From a phage: DNA of 50,768 bases. Position numbers and translations under genes: made by a program. The notes beneath the pieces are model-generated. The model saw nothing but the letters and a program-made list of their open reading frames with translations. It was not told where the DNA came from and made no database searches. The stretch lies in the sequence record NC_101820.1; one strand, 5' to 3'. Shown in pieces: positions 17,454 to 28,100 of the stretch (the stretch's first letter is position 1; every line of letters starts with the position of its first letter).

Positions 17454-17886
17454 TTATAAGATCAGGGAATTTCACGGTGATATAAGCAGGTGGATTGATT
17501 CAGTAAGCAGCGGCCTTGTTGATTGCGTTGAAATGTTCGCGACAAACGTCCACGAGGATCTTGTAAAGCGTTCGCCAGTTGATACGGGCCGATATAAAGC
17601 TAACTGGCAGGTAACAGCAAACAAGCCGCCGCTATATGCTCTCAATCAATACGATCGCGATGGTAGTAAAACCATTGCAGAAGGCAAGCGAGCAATATAT
17701 GCAATCATGCGGGGCGGTGGAGCGGTGCGGTCAATCTATTTTTCAAACATGCTTATTTACGCCAATGCGCTTGAATACGGGCATTCAAAACAAGCGCCGT
17801 CCGGCGTGCTGGGAATCGTGGCGGTAAAGCTGCGATCCTATATGACTAAGGCAATAAAGGATTCGAGGGCAAAAAATGCACTATGA
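17443..17886 (+). CDS. tail completion protein (HK97 gp10-like)
   Basis: 147 aa; VDTGRYKANW pattern and position before the tail terminator and major tail genes. Confidence 0.5.
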   Translation: MADNYKIREFHGDISRWIDSVSSGLVDCVEMFATNVHEDLVKRSPVDTGRYKANWQVTANKPPLYALNQYDRDGSKTIAEGKRAIYAIMRGGGAVRSIYFSNMLIYANALEYGHSKQAPSGVLGIVAVKLRSYMTKAIKDSRAKNAL

Positions 17887-18277
17887 TTTAATGTTAGCGG
17901 CAAGAAAGGCGCTGGCGGCGGAATATGAATCACGATTCAAGATCGCCTATGAAAACGTTGATTTTGTTCCGCCTGGTGATGGTTCGATGTGGTTAAAATT
18001 TGACTACATGGAAGCCGACACAGATCGCATATCTCTTGATAGAAAATGCGTTTCTTATATCGGATTGGTTCAGGTTGGAATTGTTATGCCTCCTGGCGGC
18101 GGCACTGATAAAGCGCGTTTGCTGGCTAAAGAGATTGCGAGATTTTTCTATGATGGTAGAATGTTTGAAACTGGCTATATTAGCGATGGGGCAAATGTCC
18201 ACACATTACTAAAAAGTGAAACAGGTTGGTTCTTACCGATCCGTTTCAGTGTTAGGCTTGACACAAAGGAGGAATAA
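17876..18277 (+). CDS. tail terminator-like protein
   Basis: 133 aa immediately upstream of the major tail protein gene. Confidence 0.45.
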   Translation: MHYDLMLAARKALAAEYESRFKIAYENVDFVPPGDGSMWLKFDYMEADTDRISLDRKCVSYIGLVQVGIVMPPGGGTDKARLLAKEIARFFYDGRMFETGYISDGANVHTLLKSETGWFLPIRFSVRLDTKEE

Positions 18278-18279
18278 TC

Positions 18280-18942
18280 ATGCACTTGCCTAATGGTTCT
18301 CAAATTTTCATCGGCGTTGATATGGGTGAGCCAATTAGCGCTACTTGTATTTCAAACGATGAAGTTCCGGTTTTTACTGTTGGTGATTCACAGCAGATCA
18401 ATAAAGGTGCTTATGTTCTGATTGAAACGTCTTCCTGGGGTAAACTGGTTAGTCGTGTGTTGCGGGTAAAAGAAGTATCTGATAACGAAAGCGTAACTCT
18501 TGAAGGTGTAGACACAACCGATCGAAACGTATTTCCGGCTGGTTCTAATACAGCAACTTTCCGAGAGGTGAAATCTTGGGTAGAGGTTCCTTGCGTACAG
18601 GATCTTGCGCAGGACGGCGGCGAGCAACAGTATTACACTTATCAGTGTTTGGCTGATGACCAGGAGCAGCAGTTGCCGACCTACAAGAGCGCGGTTTCTC
18701 TTACCTACACTTTCGCTCATGAATATGATAACCCGATTTATCCGATCTTGCGCAAGGCTGAGGAATCCGGCGACGTAACCGCTTTGCGTATGTACGTGCC
18801 GAAAGCTAAAGAGATGCGTTGCTGGGCTGGCGTATTGTCTTTTAATGACATTCCGCAAACAACTATGAACGAAATGGAAACTGTTTCCCTTTCTGTATCT
18901 CTGAAAGGCCGATTCACGTTCTTACCTTCCGACGTTGAGTAA
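18280..18942 (+). CDS. major tail protein
   Basis: 220 aa; followed by a strong terminator and then the chaperone and tape measure genes. Confidence 0.7.
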   Translation: MHLPNGSQIFIGVDMGEPISATCISNDEVPVFTVGDSQQINKGAYVLIETSSWGKLVSRVLRVKEVSDNESVTLEGVDTTDRNVFPAGSNTATFREVKSWVEVPCVQDLAQDGGEQQYYTYQCLADDQEQQLPTYKSAVSLTYTFAHEYDNPIYPILRKAEESGDVTALRMYVPKAKEMRCWAGVLSFNDIPQTTMNEMETVSLSVSLKGRFTFLPSDVE

Positions 18943-18947
18943 AACAA

Positions 18948-18968
18948 GGGGCGTTGCGCCCCTTTTTT
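18948..18968 (+). terminator. intrinsic terminator
   Basis: GGGGCG ttg CGCCCC followed by TTTTTT. Confidence 0.7.
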
Positions 18969-19008
18969 CATTCCTGTAAAATCAATCTATCAAATAAATT
19001 AATTCCAC

Positions 19009-19026
19009 TTTTAACAAAAAGTGCTA
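19009..19026 (-). promoter_or_regulatory. conserved motif, inverted, abutting the RBS of the tail chaperone gene
   Basis: TTTTAACAAAAAGTGCTA immediately followed by TAAGGAG and the ATG at 19042. Confidence 0.4.
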
Positions 19027-19041
19027 TAAGGAGATCTTAAG

Positions 19042-19359
19042 ATGGCAAAGATGAAACTAACGTTAGGCCCACTGCCTGATTTTAAGCTGCCTGTTTCTTT
19101 CGTGCTTCCAAATGGTGATGAGCAAGTTATTGTTTTTACCGTGCGCCACAAGAAGGCAAGCGAAATTCACGAACGATACACGGCAGAAAAGCCGATGAGC
19201 GACGTAGAAATGATCACCTTCCTTGCTTCCGGTTGGGATCTGGAAGATGAATTTAACGAGGAAAACGTTGCTAAATTGCTGGATTATTACCCGTCTGCGT
19301 CATTATCGCTGACTGGTCATTATATGAAAGCACTTGCGGGGCAGCGGGTAAAAAACTAA
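19042..19359 (+). CDS. tail assembly chaperone (lambda G-like)
   Basis: 105 aa directly upstream of the tape measure gene; ends just after slippery A_AAA_AAC. Confidence 0.75.
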   Translation: MAKMKLTLGPLPDFKLPVSFVLPNGDEQVIVFTVRHKKASEIHERYTAEKPMSDVEMITFLASGWDLEDEFNEENVAKLLDYYPSASLSLTGHYMKALAGQRVKN

Positions 19360-19676
19360 AGCGGGCGGTTTACCTGTTTTACCTCAAGCCGCCAACTGAC
19401 GCACAATTAGAGGCCGTCGGCCTATCCCGTTCAGACTACGAAGGGGAGGAGCCGCCGGAGGTAATTTTTGATGAATCAATGTTTCAATCTTGGGATCTGT
19501 TTTGCGCTATGCAGACGCAATGGAGATCGACTAGCGGCAGTGTGTATGGGTTCGACTATAACGTTTTGCCTATGCTTTTTGACATTTACAAGATTGAGGA
19601 TCGGGAGATGGCGCTAAATGATTTGCGCATCATGGAACAAAAGGCGCTAGAAATGATTCATTCAAACAAAACATAA
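19042..19676 (+). CDS. tail assembly chaperone GT-like fusion via -1 programmed frameshift
   Basis: Heptamer A AAA AAC at 19350-19356; the -1 frame is open from inside G through the T segment to 19676. Confidence 0.6.
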
Positions 19677-19715
19677 GCGCCGCGAGGCGCTTTTTTAATA
19701 TCTGGAGGTTTTAAA

Positions 19716-22397
19716 ATGGCTGAAAAATACGCTGGCCTAACGCTAGGCGTTGACGTGTCGCAGGTCAACAATGCTGTTAAATCATTGCAGCAATTCAAGA
19801 AGGCAAACGACGACGCAAAAAAAAGCGTTAATGAATTTGTTGATTCTGAGGTTGTGGCCCGACAGCAAGCAAAACAGCTTGCCGAAGAACTGGCGCGCCA
19901 GAAAGCAGAATTTAAGAAAATCCAGGAGTCAATTGATCCCACTGCATCAAAGATGGATAAGCTGCGAAAGGCAGCGACACAGCTTGATGCGCTATGGAAA
20001 AAGGGCGTTGTTCCTGATCAGACTTTTTTTGAGCTTGGGGCAATTCTTGAGACGCAGCAAAACAAGCTGATCGCAACCAAAAAAGCGATGACAGAGGAAG
20101 GCCGCGCGGCGCTTGAGGAATCAAAGAACAAGGCGCGTGCAGCGGAAGAGGCTAAAAAATTCGTCCAGGCTTTGCGTGAGCAGGAAGAAGCAGCAGGAAA
20201 AAGCAAGTCTGAATTGCTGGAAATGAAAGCGGCACAGCTTGGAGTTAGCCAGGAGGCAGCACCTTACATCGCAAGGCTGAAAGAGCAGGAAAAGCAGATC
20301 CAGAAACTTGGGATTTCTACAGGCCAATACAAACAAGCAATGGCGCAATTGCCAATGCAGATCACAGACGTGGTGACTTCACTTGCTTCTGGTATGCCAG
20401 TTTGGTTGGTCGCAGTCCAGCAGGGTGGACAGATCAAGGATTCTTTTGGTGGTGCATCCAATGCTTTAAAAGCGTTGCTATCTTTCCTGAATCCGGTAAA
20501 CGTGGCGTTTGGCTTGCTTTCCGGCACGCTGGCAATTGCTGCATATAATGCCTACAAAGCACAGACAGAGCTTGAGGCAATTAAAAAAACCGTTCAGGAA
20601 ACAACTGGCTTGAGTGGTGAGTTTGCCGAAAAGATTGCTATAGGAATCCAGGAGCTTTCCGACAAGACAGGCGAAAGCGCCGAAGATCTGGCAAAGGCTT
20701 ACATAACAACGAAAGACGGCGCGAGCGAGGCGATTAAAAAACTGGTTGACGTTGGAATGACTTATGATGACGCAAAAAAGAAAGTCAACGAGTACAAGGG
20801 CGCGTCTAGCTTTGTCAGCTTGAATAACGAAATTGCAAACCACAAAAACAAAGTCCTTGAGTTGGGCGAGTCGTGGTATGAAGTTTTGAAAGCTAAGCGT
20901 GATTACGCTTCCCCGTCCGGCGGCCTGTTAGGTAAAGAGCTTGGCTATGTTAATCCTATGCTTAAGTTTGCACTTAACACTTATGAAGACATTGGAAAGG
21001 TCGTAAAAGATGCGAATAAGGACATGGCGGAACGAGCGGAGCGAATCGACAAAGAAAACCTGGCCTTAAACAGAGTGCGCGCAGCACAGGAGGCTTTAAA
21101 CAAAGCCATTGAGGATCAGAAAAATGTGGCGCGTTCGGCTGATGAAGAACTGAAAAAGCGCGCGGCTGAAAACGTGGAGTTTAGGCGCAAAGAGCTTGAG
21201 GAAATCAAGAAGCAGGAGCAGAAAAAGAAAGAGGCTAAAGGGGGAATAGTTCGCGGCCCTACTGAGCAGCTTGATAAAGAGTTGTACGTTTTAAAGGCGC
21301 AACTGGAAACTCTTAAAGAGCATCGCACTGTTAACGATGTTATTTCTCGCCAGCGTAAATCTTTATGGAGCATCGAAAAGCAGATCGAGATCCTGGAGAA
21401 TGCGCAGAGCAAGCGTAAATTGACCGGAGCGGAACAGGCGCTACTAAACGAGCAAAAGGCCGTTCTTGAAATGGCAAGACAAAAAGCTGAGCTAGGGGAT
21501 CAGATTGTTTTGCAGGAGCGCAAAAACAAGCTGGAGCAAGATAGTCTTAAGTTTATCCGTGAAACTGAGGCTGCTATTGATGCGATTGGCCTTAAGCAAC
21601 TTGGCTACACTGAAAAGAAGATCGAGCGTGAGCTAGAGTTACGCAAGCTGCGCACCGACTACGAGGCGCAAGGCGGAAGCGTTAGCGACGAAGTTTTTCA
21701 GCAAATGGAGACGAAACTTAAGCTGTATTACCAGGCACAAGACGAGGCGCAAGGCAACTGGTTAGCCGGAGCAAAGAACGCATGGGAGCTATTCGCGGAA
21801 GATGCAAACAATGCCTATGGCAATGTTCAGCAGATCGCAAGCGAGGCGTTAAACGGCCTTACAAACCAATTAGCGAATTTTATAGCTACTGGCAAGGCAA
21901 ACTTTAAAGACTTCTCGACGGCTATCATCAAAATGATTATTCAGATGATCACGAAAATGGTCGTCTTTAATGCGTTATCTGGCCTGATGGGTGGTCAAAC
22001 ATGGACGATGGGGAGCTTGCTTAAGAATATTGGCGGATTTGCTGGCGGTGGATACACTGGCGACGGCGGGAAGTATGAGCCAGCCGGAATTGTCCATAAA
22101 GGTGAATTTGTCATGACGAAGGAGGCGACGCAGCGTATTGGGGTAGGAAACTTGTACCGCATGATGCGAGGCTATGCTAACGGCGGCGTTGTTGGTAGTT
22201 CCGGCTATACTGGCGGTGGCGCTGTAACTGGTGGAGCACCTCAATTTAACATCGGCGGGATTGATGTTAGCATCACTAACGGAAACGATCCGAAGGGCAT
22301 CGAAACTGGTGTTAAGATGATCTTTACTGATATGATTAAACGTTCCTGTATGCAGGGCGGCGAGGTTTACGAATTTGTTATGAGCAAGCGAGGTTGA
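19716..22397 (+). CDS. tail tape measure protein
   Basis: 893 aa, highly alpha-helical K/E/A-rich sequence with glycine-rich C-terminal region; canonical position. Confidence 0.9.
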   Translation: MAEKYAGLTLGVDVSQVNNAVKSLQQFKKANDDAKKSVNEFVDSEVVARQQAKQLAEELARQKAEFKKIQESIDPTASKMDKLRKAATQLDALWKKGVVPDQTFFELGAILETQQNKLIATKKAMTEEGRAALEESKNKARAAEEAKKFVQALREQEEAAGKSKSELLEMKAAQLGVSQEAAPYIARLKEQEKQIQKLGISTGQYKQAMAQLPMQITDVVTSLASGMPVWLVAVQQGGQIKDSFGGASNALKALLSFLNPVNVAFGLLSGTLAIAAYNAYKAQTELEAIKKTVQETTGLSGEFAEKIAIGIQELSDKTGESAEDLAKAYITTKDGASEAIKKLVDVGMTYDDAKKKVNEYKGASSFVSLNNEIANHKNKVLELGESWYEVLKAKRDYASPSGGLLGKELGYVNPMLKFALNTYEDIGKVVKDANKDMAERAERIDKENLALNRVRAAQEALNKAIEDQKNVARSADEELKKRAAENVEFRRKELEEIKKQEQKKKEAKGGIVRGPTEQLDKELYVLKAQLETLKEHRTVNDVISRQRKSLWSIEKQIEILENAQSKRKLTGAEQALLNEQKAVLEMARQKAELGDQIVLQERKNKLEQDSLKFIRETEAAIDAIGLKQLGYTEKKIERELELRKLRTDYEAQGGSVSDEVFQQMETKLKLYYQAQDEAQGNWLAGAKNAWELFAEDANNAYGNVQQIASEALNGLTNQLANFIATGKANFKDFSTAIIKMIIQMITKMVVFNALSGLMGGQTWTMGSLLKNIGGFAGGGYTGDGGKYEPAGIVHKGEFVMTKEATQRIGVGNLYRMMRGYANGGVVGSSGYTGGGAVTGGAPQFNIGGIDVSITNGNDPKGIETGVKMIFTDMIKRSCMQGGEVYEFVMSKRG

Positions 22398-22750
22398 TAA
22401 TGAAGCTGGATCAGTTTAAGTGGTGTACGCAGGTTCAGAATGGTGGCGGGGCCATGACGTCATCGAATAACGATCGAGAGATTGCATTCGGTAACGGATA
22501 CACACAGGTAGCATCTGGAGGTTTTAACACAATCCGGCGAGAGTTCAGCATTGTTTACGCTGGGCTTGATTACAGAGATGTTGTCAAGTTCCTGAATGAG
22601 CACAGGCTAAAACCTTTCTTGTGGATCATGCCAGATGGAAGCCCTGGATTGTTTAGGGTGAAAAGCGGTAGCGTCGGCCTTACTCCATTGTCGCCAACCG
22701 TTCAGGAAGTAAAAGCCACTTTTACGGAACAATTTACATCAATGCAGTAA
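22394..22750 (+). CDS. minor tail protein (lambda M-like)
   Basis: 118 aa directly after the tape measure gene, overlapping its stop. Confidence 0.7.
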   Translation: MIMKLDQFKWCTQVQNGGGAMTSSNNDREIAFGNGYTQVASGGFNTIRREFSIVYAGLDYRDVVKFLNEHRLKPFLWIMPDGSPGLFRVKSGSVGLTPLSPTVQEVKATFTEQFTSMQ

Positions 22751-22754
22751 TTTA

Positions 22755-22779
22755 AAGCCGCCTTTGTGCGGCTTTTTTC
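22755..22779 (+). terminator. intrinsic terminator
   Basis: AAGCCGC ctttgt GCGGCTT followed by TTTTT. Confidence 0.65.
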
Positions 22780-22812
22780 TTGATGTTACAATGAGCAAAA
22801 AGGAGGTAGAAA

Positions 22813-23574
22813 ATGGCTAATAAAGAATCAGGTAGAGTTGAATTTGAGAACTGCCTACAAAGTTTGTACCCAGGCGAAATTATAACGCTTGTAGAGATTG
22901 ACGGGACGAAGTTCGGAGCAAATATTTACCGATTTCACAATGAGAACATCTCTTATACTGCCGAAGAATTAATGCAAGCGCAGCAAACCGGAATATTGCC
23001 GCCGAAAGATATTATTTTTCAGGGTGAGGTTTACGGAGCGCGGCCTTTCGGTGTGAGCGGTATTAACTTCACAAGTAACGGCAGGGCAGATAAGCCTCAG
23101 CTTATAGTGTCAAACCTTGACAGCAGGGTGAGCGCCATGATCAGAAATTACAATGGCATGATGCAAGCAAAGGTGACTTTCTGGATAACGGCAAAGGAAT
23201 TTATCGGAGAAGGCGGAGCAATCAAAGATGGCGCTTACAGAAAATTGGTTTATTACATTGAGCGCCCAAGCCAGTACAATAGAGAGATAGCGAAATTTGA
23301 TCTAACATCGCCTTACGATATGGATGGACTGATGATCCCGCCGCGCATCACTCAAAGCGTTTGCTATTGGGCGCAAAGGGGATGGTACAGGAGCGGAAAG
23401 GGTTGCTCTTATAACGGATCGGCAATGTTCGATAAAGACAATAAGCCAGTAACAGATCCATCACAAGACTATTGCGCCGGAACTGTAACGGCTTGCAAAT
23501 TGAGATTCGGTCAGCAAAACGAGTTGGATTTCGGCGGTTGCGCGGTGGCGTCACTGCTACGGAGGAATCAATAA
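22813..23574 (+). CDS. minor tail protein (lambda L-like)
   Basis: 253 aa with a C-terminal four-Cys cluster as in lambda gpL. Confidence 0.8.
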   Translation: MANKESGRVEFENCLQSLYPGEIITLVEIDGTKFGANIYRFHNENISYTAEELMQAQQTGILPPKDIIFQGEVYGARPFGVSGINFTSNGRADKPQLIVSNLDSRVSAMIRNYNGMMQAKVTFWITAKEFIGEGGAIKDGAYRKLVYYIERPSQYNREIAKFDLTSPYDMDGLMIPPRITQSVCYWAQRGWYRSGKGCSYNGSAMFDKDNKPVTDPSQDYCAGTVTACKLRFGQQNELDFGGCAVASLLRRNQ

Positions 23575-24305
23575 TGATTAGTGCAAAAATTAAACTTGAA
23601 ATAATGCAGCACGTTAAAGAGGAATACCCTAAAGAGGCTTGCGGCGTCATAACTCAAAAGTCACGGGTACAGAAATATCACCGCATAACCAACGTGCATG
23701 ACGATCCAGAAAATCACTTTGAAATGGACGCCGTAGAATACGCTGAATCGCTCGACAAAGGCGAATTAATCGCGGTGGTGCATTCCCATTGCGGTGATGG
23801 TGCTAGTACGATACCGAGCGCGCACGACTCATGTATGTGCGATGAAATGGGTGTGTCGTGGATTATAGTTTCATGGCCCGAAGGTGATATGAGAATTGTC
23901 GAGCCGCAGGAGAGGCCGCTTATCGGTCGCCCGTGGTCGCTGGGGTCGTTCGATTGCTGGGGTCTTATCATGGCATGGCATAAACAGCACGGAGTAGTAT
24001 TGAATGACTTCCGAAAGCCTTACGAGTGGTGGAAGTCAGAATATGGTGAAAATCTTTACCAGGATAATTATTTGAAAGAGGGATTTGTTGAAACTAACGA
24101 GCCTCCAAAACCTGGTGATATGGTGATTATGCAACTATCATCACCAGTCTGGAATCATGCGGGAATTTATTTGGGTAACAACCAGCTATTACATCATGCG
24201 TTTGGAAAGCTATCTCGCATCGACTTGTATTCTGGATGGTATCAGGAGCACACTGTAAAAATTTGCCGACATAAGGATCTGAAATATGACATTGAAAGTA
24301 ATTAA
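23574..24305 (+). CDS. tail assembly protein (lambda K-like; JAB/MPN plus NlpC/P60 domains)
   Basis: HSHCGDG...S..HD (JAMM-like motif) and a downstream Cys/His peptidase-like region; start refined to ATG 23574 (TAATG overlap). Confidence 0.85.
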   Translation: MISAKIKLEIMQHVKEEYPKEACGVITQKSRVQKYHRITNVHDDPENHFEMDAVEYAESLDKGELIAVVHSHCGDGASTIPSAHDSCMCDEMGVSWIIVSWPEGDMRIVEPQERPLIGRPWSLGSFDCWGLIMAWHKQHGVVLNDFRKPYEWWKSEYGENLYQDNYLKEGFVETNEPPKPGDMVIMQLSSPVWNHAGIYLGNNQLLHHAFGKLSRIDLYSGWYQEHTVKICRHKDLKYDIESN

Positions 24306-24882
24306 GCTATCTGGTTCACTGGGGCGTAGATTTGGCGTCTTTCACAAAATGGCGGTTGACTCATACCCCGAAGCAATACGTGCGTTATCTTCCCAGGTTG
24401 AAGGGTTCAAAGACTACATGCAAAGCGAAGTAGGATCGCGCATGAAGTACGCTGTATTCGTTGATGGAAAAAACGTTGGTCAGCATGATGAAAAATCATG
24501 GAAGTGCGCGCGAGAGGTTCGAATAGTTCCTGTTCCAACTGGTTCTAAGTCCGGCGGCCTGTTCAATGTTGTTTTTGGTGCTGTAATTATGGCTACTGCG
24601 TTCATTACTGGCGGTGCAAGCCTGGCGGCTATGGGCGCTTTTGCATCTTCCGCATTTATGATGGGTGGTGCTATCGCGCTTGGCGGTGTCATGCAAATGA
24701 TCTCGCCGCAGCAGGGCGGAATGAAACTGCAAAGCCAATCAGCAGAAAATAAGCCTTCTTACGCTTTCGGCGGCGCAGTAAATACCACGGCGGCAGGTTA
24801 TCCGGTTCCTTTGCCATATGGATATAGGACAGTAGGCGGCGCGATCTGGTCGGCTGGCAGCTACGCAGAGGACAAAGCATAA
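24286..24882 (+). CDS. tail assembly protein (lambda I-like)
   Basis: 198 aa with Gly/Ala-rich hydrophobic C-terminal half; position between K and J. Confidence 0.75.
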   Translation: MTLKVIKLSGSLGRRFGVFHKMAVDSYPEAIRALSSQVEGFKDYMQSEVGSRMKYAVFVDGKNVGQHDEKSWKCAREVRIVPVPTGSKSGGLFNVVFGAVIMATAFITGGASLAAMGAFASSAFMMGGAIALGGVMQMISPQQGGMKLQSQSAENKPSYAFGGAVNTTAAGYPVPLPYGYRTVGGAIWSAGSYAEDKA

Positions 24883-24883
24883 A

Positions 24884-24926
24884 TAGCACAATATGTTAAA
24901 GCGAAAACGGATTTTCGCTTTACAAT
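24884..24926 (+). promoter_or_regulatory. motif variant (TAGCACAATATGTTAAAGC) with hairpin and TACAAT at offset +37
   Basis: Hairpin AAGCGAAAA/TTTTCGCTT; TACAAT at 24921-24926. Confidence 0.35.
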
Positions 24927-24943
24927 TAATTAAGGATGTGATC

Positions 24944-25060
24944 ATGTGGCGTGATATTTTTTATTATAATGACGGTAAGTTATTTTGGGCTGTAGACGTA
25001 GGAAGAAGGATAAAGAAAGGAAGTGAGGCAGGAAGCGGCAGAAAAGATGATAGAGATTGA
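24944..25060 (+). pseudogene. remnant of an HNH (HNH_3-type) homing endonuclease N-terminus
   Basis: 38-codon ORF MWRDIFYYNDGKLFWAVDVGRRIKKGSEAGS... matches the N-terminal pattern of phage HNH endonucleases (from memory); no catalytic region follows. Confidence 0.35.
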
Positions 25061-25102
25061 AGTTTTAAACAAATTCCACATAAACCACGGAAAGTAGATT
25101 TA

Positions 25103-25125
25103 ACCAGCATTGCGCTGGTTTTTTT
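25103..25125 (+). terminator. intrinsic terminator
   Basis: CCAGC attgc GCTGG followed by TTTTTTT. Confidence 0.6.
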
Positions 25126-25174
25126 GTGCATTTATAATGTGCAAACCAAGAAACAGCACAAAAGGTTAAAAGTC

Positions 25175-28100
25175 ATGGCTAAATATATGATAAGCGGCAG
25201 TAAGGGCGGAAGCAAAAAGCCATACGTGCCAAAAGAGATGGAAGATAACCTGATCTCGATAAACAAGATTAAAGTTTTGCTGGCTGTATCTGATGGCGAG
25301 TGCGATCCAGATTTCACGTTGCGCGATCTTTATCTTGATGATGTTCCGGTTATTGCCAGCGATGGCACTGTTAACTACGAGGGAGTTACGGCTGAATATA
25401 GACCAGGCACACAGACGCAAGATTACATCCAGGGGTTTACTGACACATCAAGCGAGGTGACAGTTTCGCGAGACATTACAACAGACAATCCCTATATTAT
25501 CTCTGTGACAAACAAAAATCTTTCTGCAATAAGAATCAAGATTCTGATGCCAGTTGGCATAAAACAGGAGGATAACGGCGATCTTGTTGGCGTAAGGGTT
25601 GAGTATGCCGTAGATATGGCTATTGATGGCGGTTCTTATAGCGAGGTTATGAGAGATGTAATTGACGGCAAGACAAGATCAGGATACGACCGCAGCAGAA
25701 GGATTGATCTTCCTAAGTTTGATGAGCGCGTTTTAATCCGAGTAAAGCGACTGACTCCAGACAGCACATCTTCAAAGGTGACTGATAAAATCAAGCTGCA
25801 AAGTTACGCTGAGGTTGTTGATGCAAAATTCCGTTATCCTCTGACTGGCCTTGTATTCGTAGAATTTGACAGCGAATTGTTTCCTACGCAAATCCCTAAC
25901 ATTTCTATAAAAAAGAAATGGAAGATTATTAATGTGCCAAGCAACTATGATCCAATATCAAGAGAATATCACGGGTCATGGGATGGGACTTTTAAAAAAG
26001 CGTGGTCAAATAATCCGGCTTGGGTTCTTTATGATCTGGTGACAAATCAGCGTTACGGACTTGATCAGCGAGAGTTAGGAATACAGATCGACAAGTGGAG
26101 CTTATACGAGGCGGGCGTTTACTGTGATCAGAAAGTTCCAGACGGCAAGGGTGGTACAGAGCCTCGCTACCTATGCGATGTGGTGATTCAGAATCAAGTT
26201 GAGGCTTATCAGCTAATCCGTGACATTTGCTCAATCTTTCGCGGAATGAGTTTTTGGAATGGTGAGAGCTTATCAATCGTGATTGATAAGCCGCGCGATC
26301 CATCATACGTGTTTACTAATGAAAACGTCATCAACGGTGATTTTCAGTACATAAACGCAAGCGAAAAAAGCATGTACACGCAGTGTAACGTGACGTTTGA
26401 CGACGAACAAAACATGTATCAGCAGGACGTAGAGGGGGTTTTTGATACTGAGGCTGCATTACGATTTGGATACAATCCAACAAGCATTACAGCGATCGGT
26501 TGTACACGCAGGAGCGAAGCGAATCGTCGCGGTCGGTGGGTTTTGAAAACAAACCTTAGAAGCACTACTGTAAACTTTGCTACCGGACTAGAGGGGATGA
26601 TTCCATCAATAGGTGATGTGATTGCTATCGCTGATAATTTTCAGAGCAGCAACCTAACGTTAAACCTATCGGGCCGAGTGATGGAAGTTTCAGGATTGCA
26701 GGTTTTCGTTCCGTTTAAGGTTGATGCTCGCCCTGGTGATTTTATTATCATCAACAAGCCGGACGGCAAGCCAGTTAAGCGCACGATCTCAAAGGTTAGC
26801 GCAGACGGAAAAACCATTGAGTTAAATATTGGATTTGGTTTTGATGTTAAGCCTGATACTGTTTTTGCGATTGACCGTACTGATCTTGCGTTGCAGCAAT
26901 ACGTTGTGACAACCATCAGCAAGGGTGATGACGAAAACGAGTTTACCTATTCAATCACGGCTGTAGAGTACGATCCGAACAAATACGACGAGATTGATTA
27001 TGGAGTAAACATTGATGACAGACCGACTTCAATTGTTCAGCCTGACGTGATGGCAGCGCCTGAGAACGTTAAGATCTCATCTTATTCTCGCGTCGTGCAG
27101 GGTGTTAGCGTTGAGACTATGGTTGTTTCATGGGATAAGGTTCCTTACGCATCGCTTTATGAAATGCAGTGGCGAAAAGGTGATGGTAACTGGCTGAATA
27201 CGCCGCAGACCGCTAACAAAGAGATAGAGGTAGAAGGGATTTACTCTGGCAACTACCAAGTAAGGGTGAGATCCGTTTCTGCAAGCGGTAACGCTTCCCC
27301 GTGGTCAAAGATTGCAACCGCCACTCTGACAGGTAAAGTTGGCGAGCCAGGAGCGCCGATTAATCTTACGGCTTCTGATAATGAAGTTTTTGGCATTCGT
27401 GTCAAATGGGGTATGCCGGAAGGATCAGGCGATACGGCTTACATTGAGCTTCACCAATCGCCAGACGGAACGGTTGAAAACTCAAGTCTGCTTACGCTGA
27501 TTCCATATCCTCAATATGAGTATTGGCATAGCACGTTACCAGCGGGGCAAGTTGTATGGTATAGAATCCGCAGCGTTGACAGAATAGGCAACGTTTCCAG
27601 TTGGACTGACTTTGTTCGCGGTATGGCGTCAGATGATGTTGAATCTGTTTTGGGCGACATTCTGGACAAGATTTTTGATACAGAAGCTGGTCAAGAAATC
27701 AAAGAGAACGCCATAGACAGCGCCAATAAAATCAAAGACCAGGCACAATCAATCATACAGAACGCGTTGGCAAATGATGCAGATGTGAAGTGGACGCGAG
27801 TGCAAAACGGAAAGCGCAAGGCTGAATATGGTCATGCTCTTGAGCTTATCGCCAATGAAACAGAAGCGCGCGTAACTCAAATCGAAGAGTTAAGGGCATC
27901 AATTGATGGCGAGATAACATCAAGCATCAAGACAGTGCAGGAGGCAATTGCCACTGAATCAGAGACGCGAGCGACTCAAATTCAGCAGCTTGATTCTAAA
28001 TTCACAAAAGAAATCGACGGCGTGCGCAAGGATACTTCTGCAAGCATTAGCGATGTAAGGCAGACAATCACTAACGAGTCAGAAGCGCGCGCTCAGGCCG

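Noticed and set aside
25124-25174. The upstream ATG at 25124 as the start of the J-like tail fibre gene
   Set aside because: It lies within the promoter/terminator region without an RBS; the ATG at 25175 is preceded by AAAAGG and gives the conserved MAKYMISGSKGG N-terminus.
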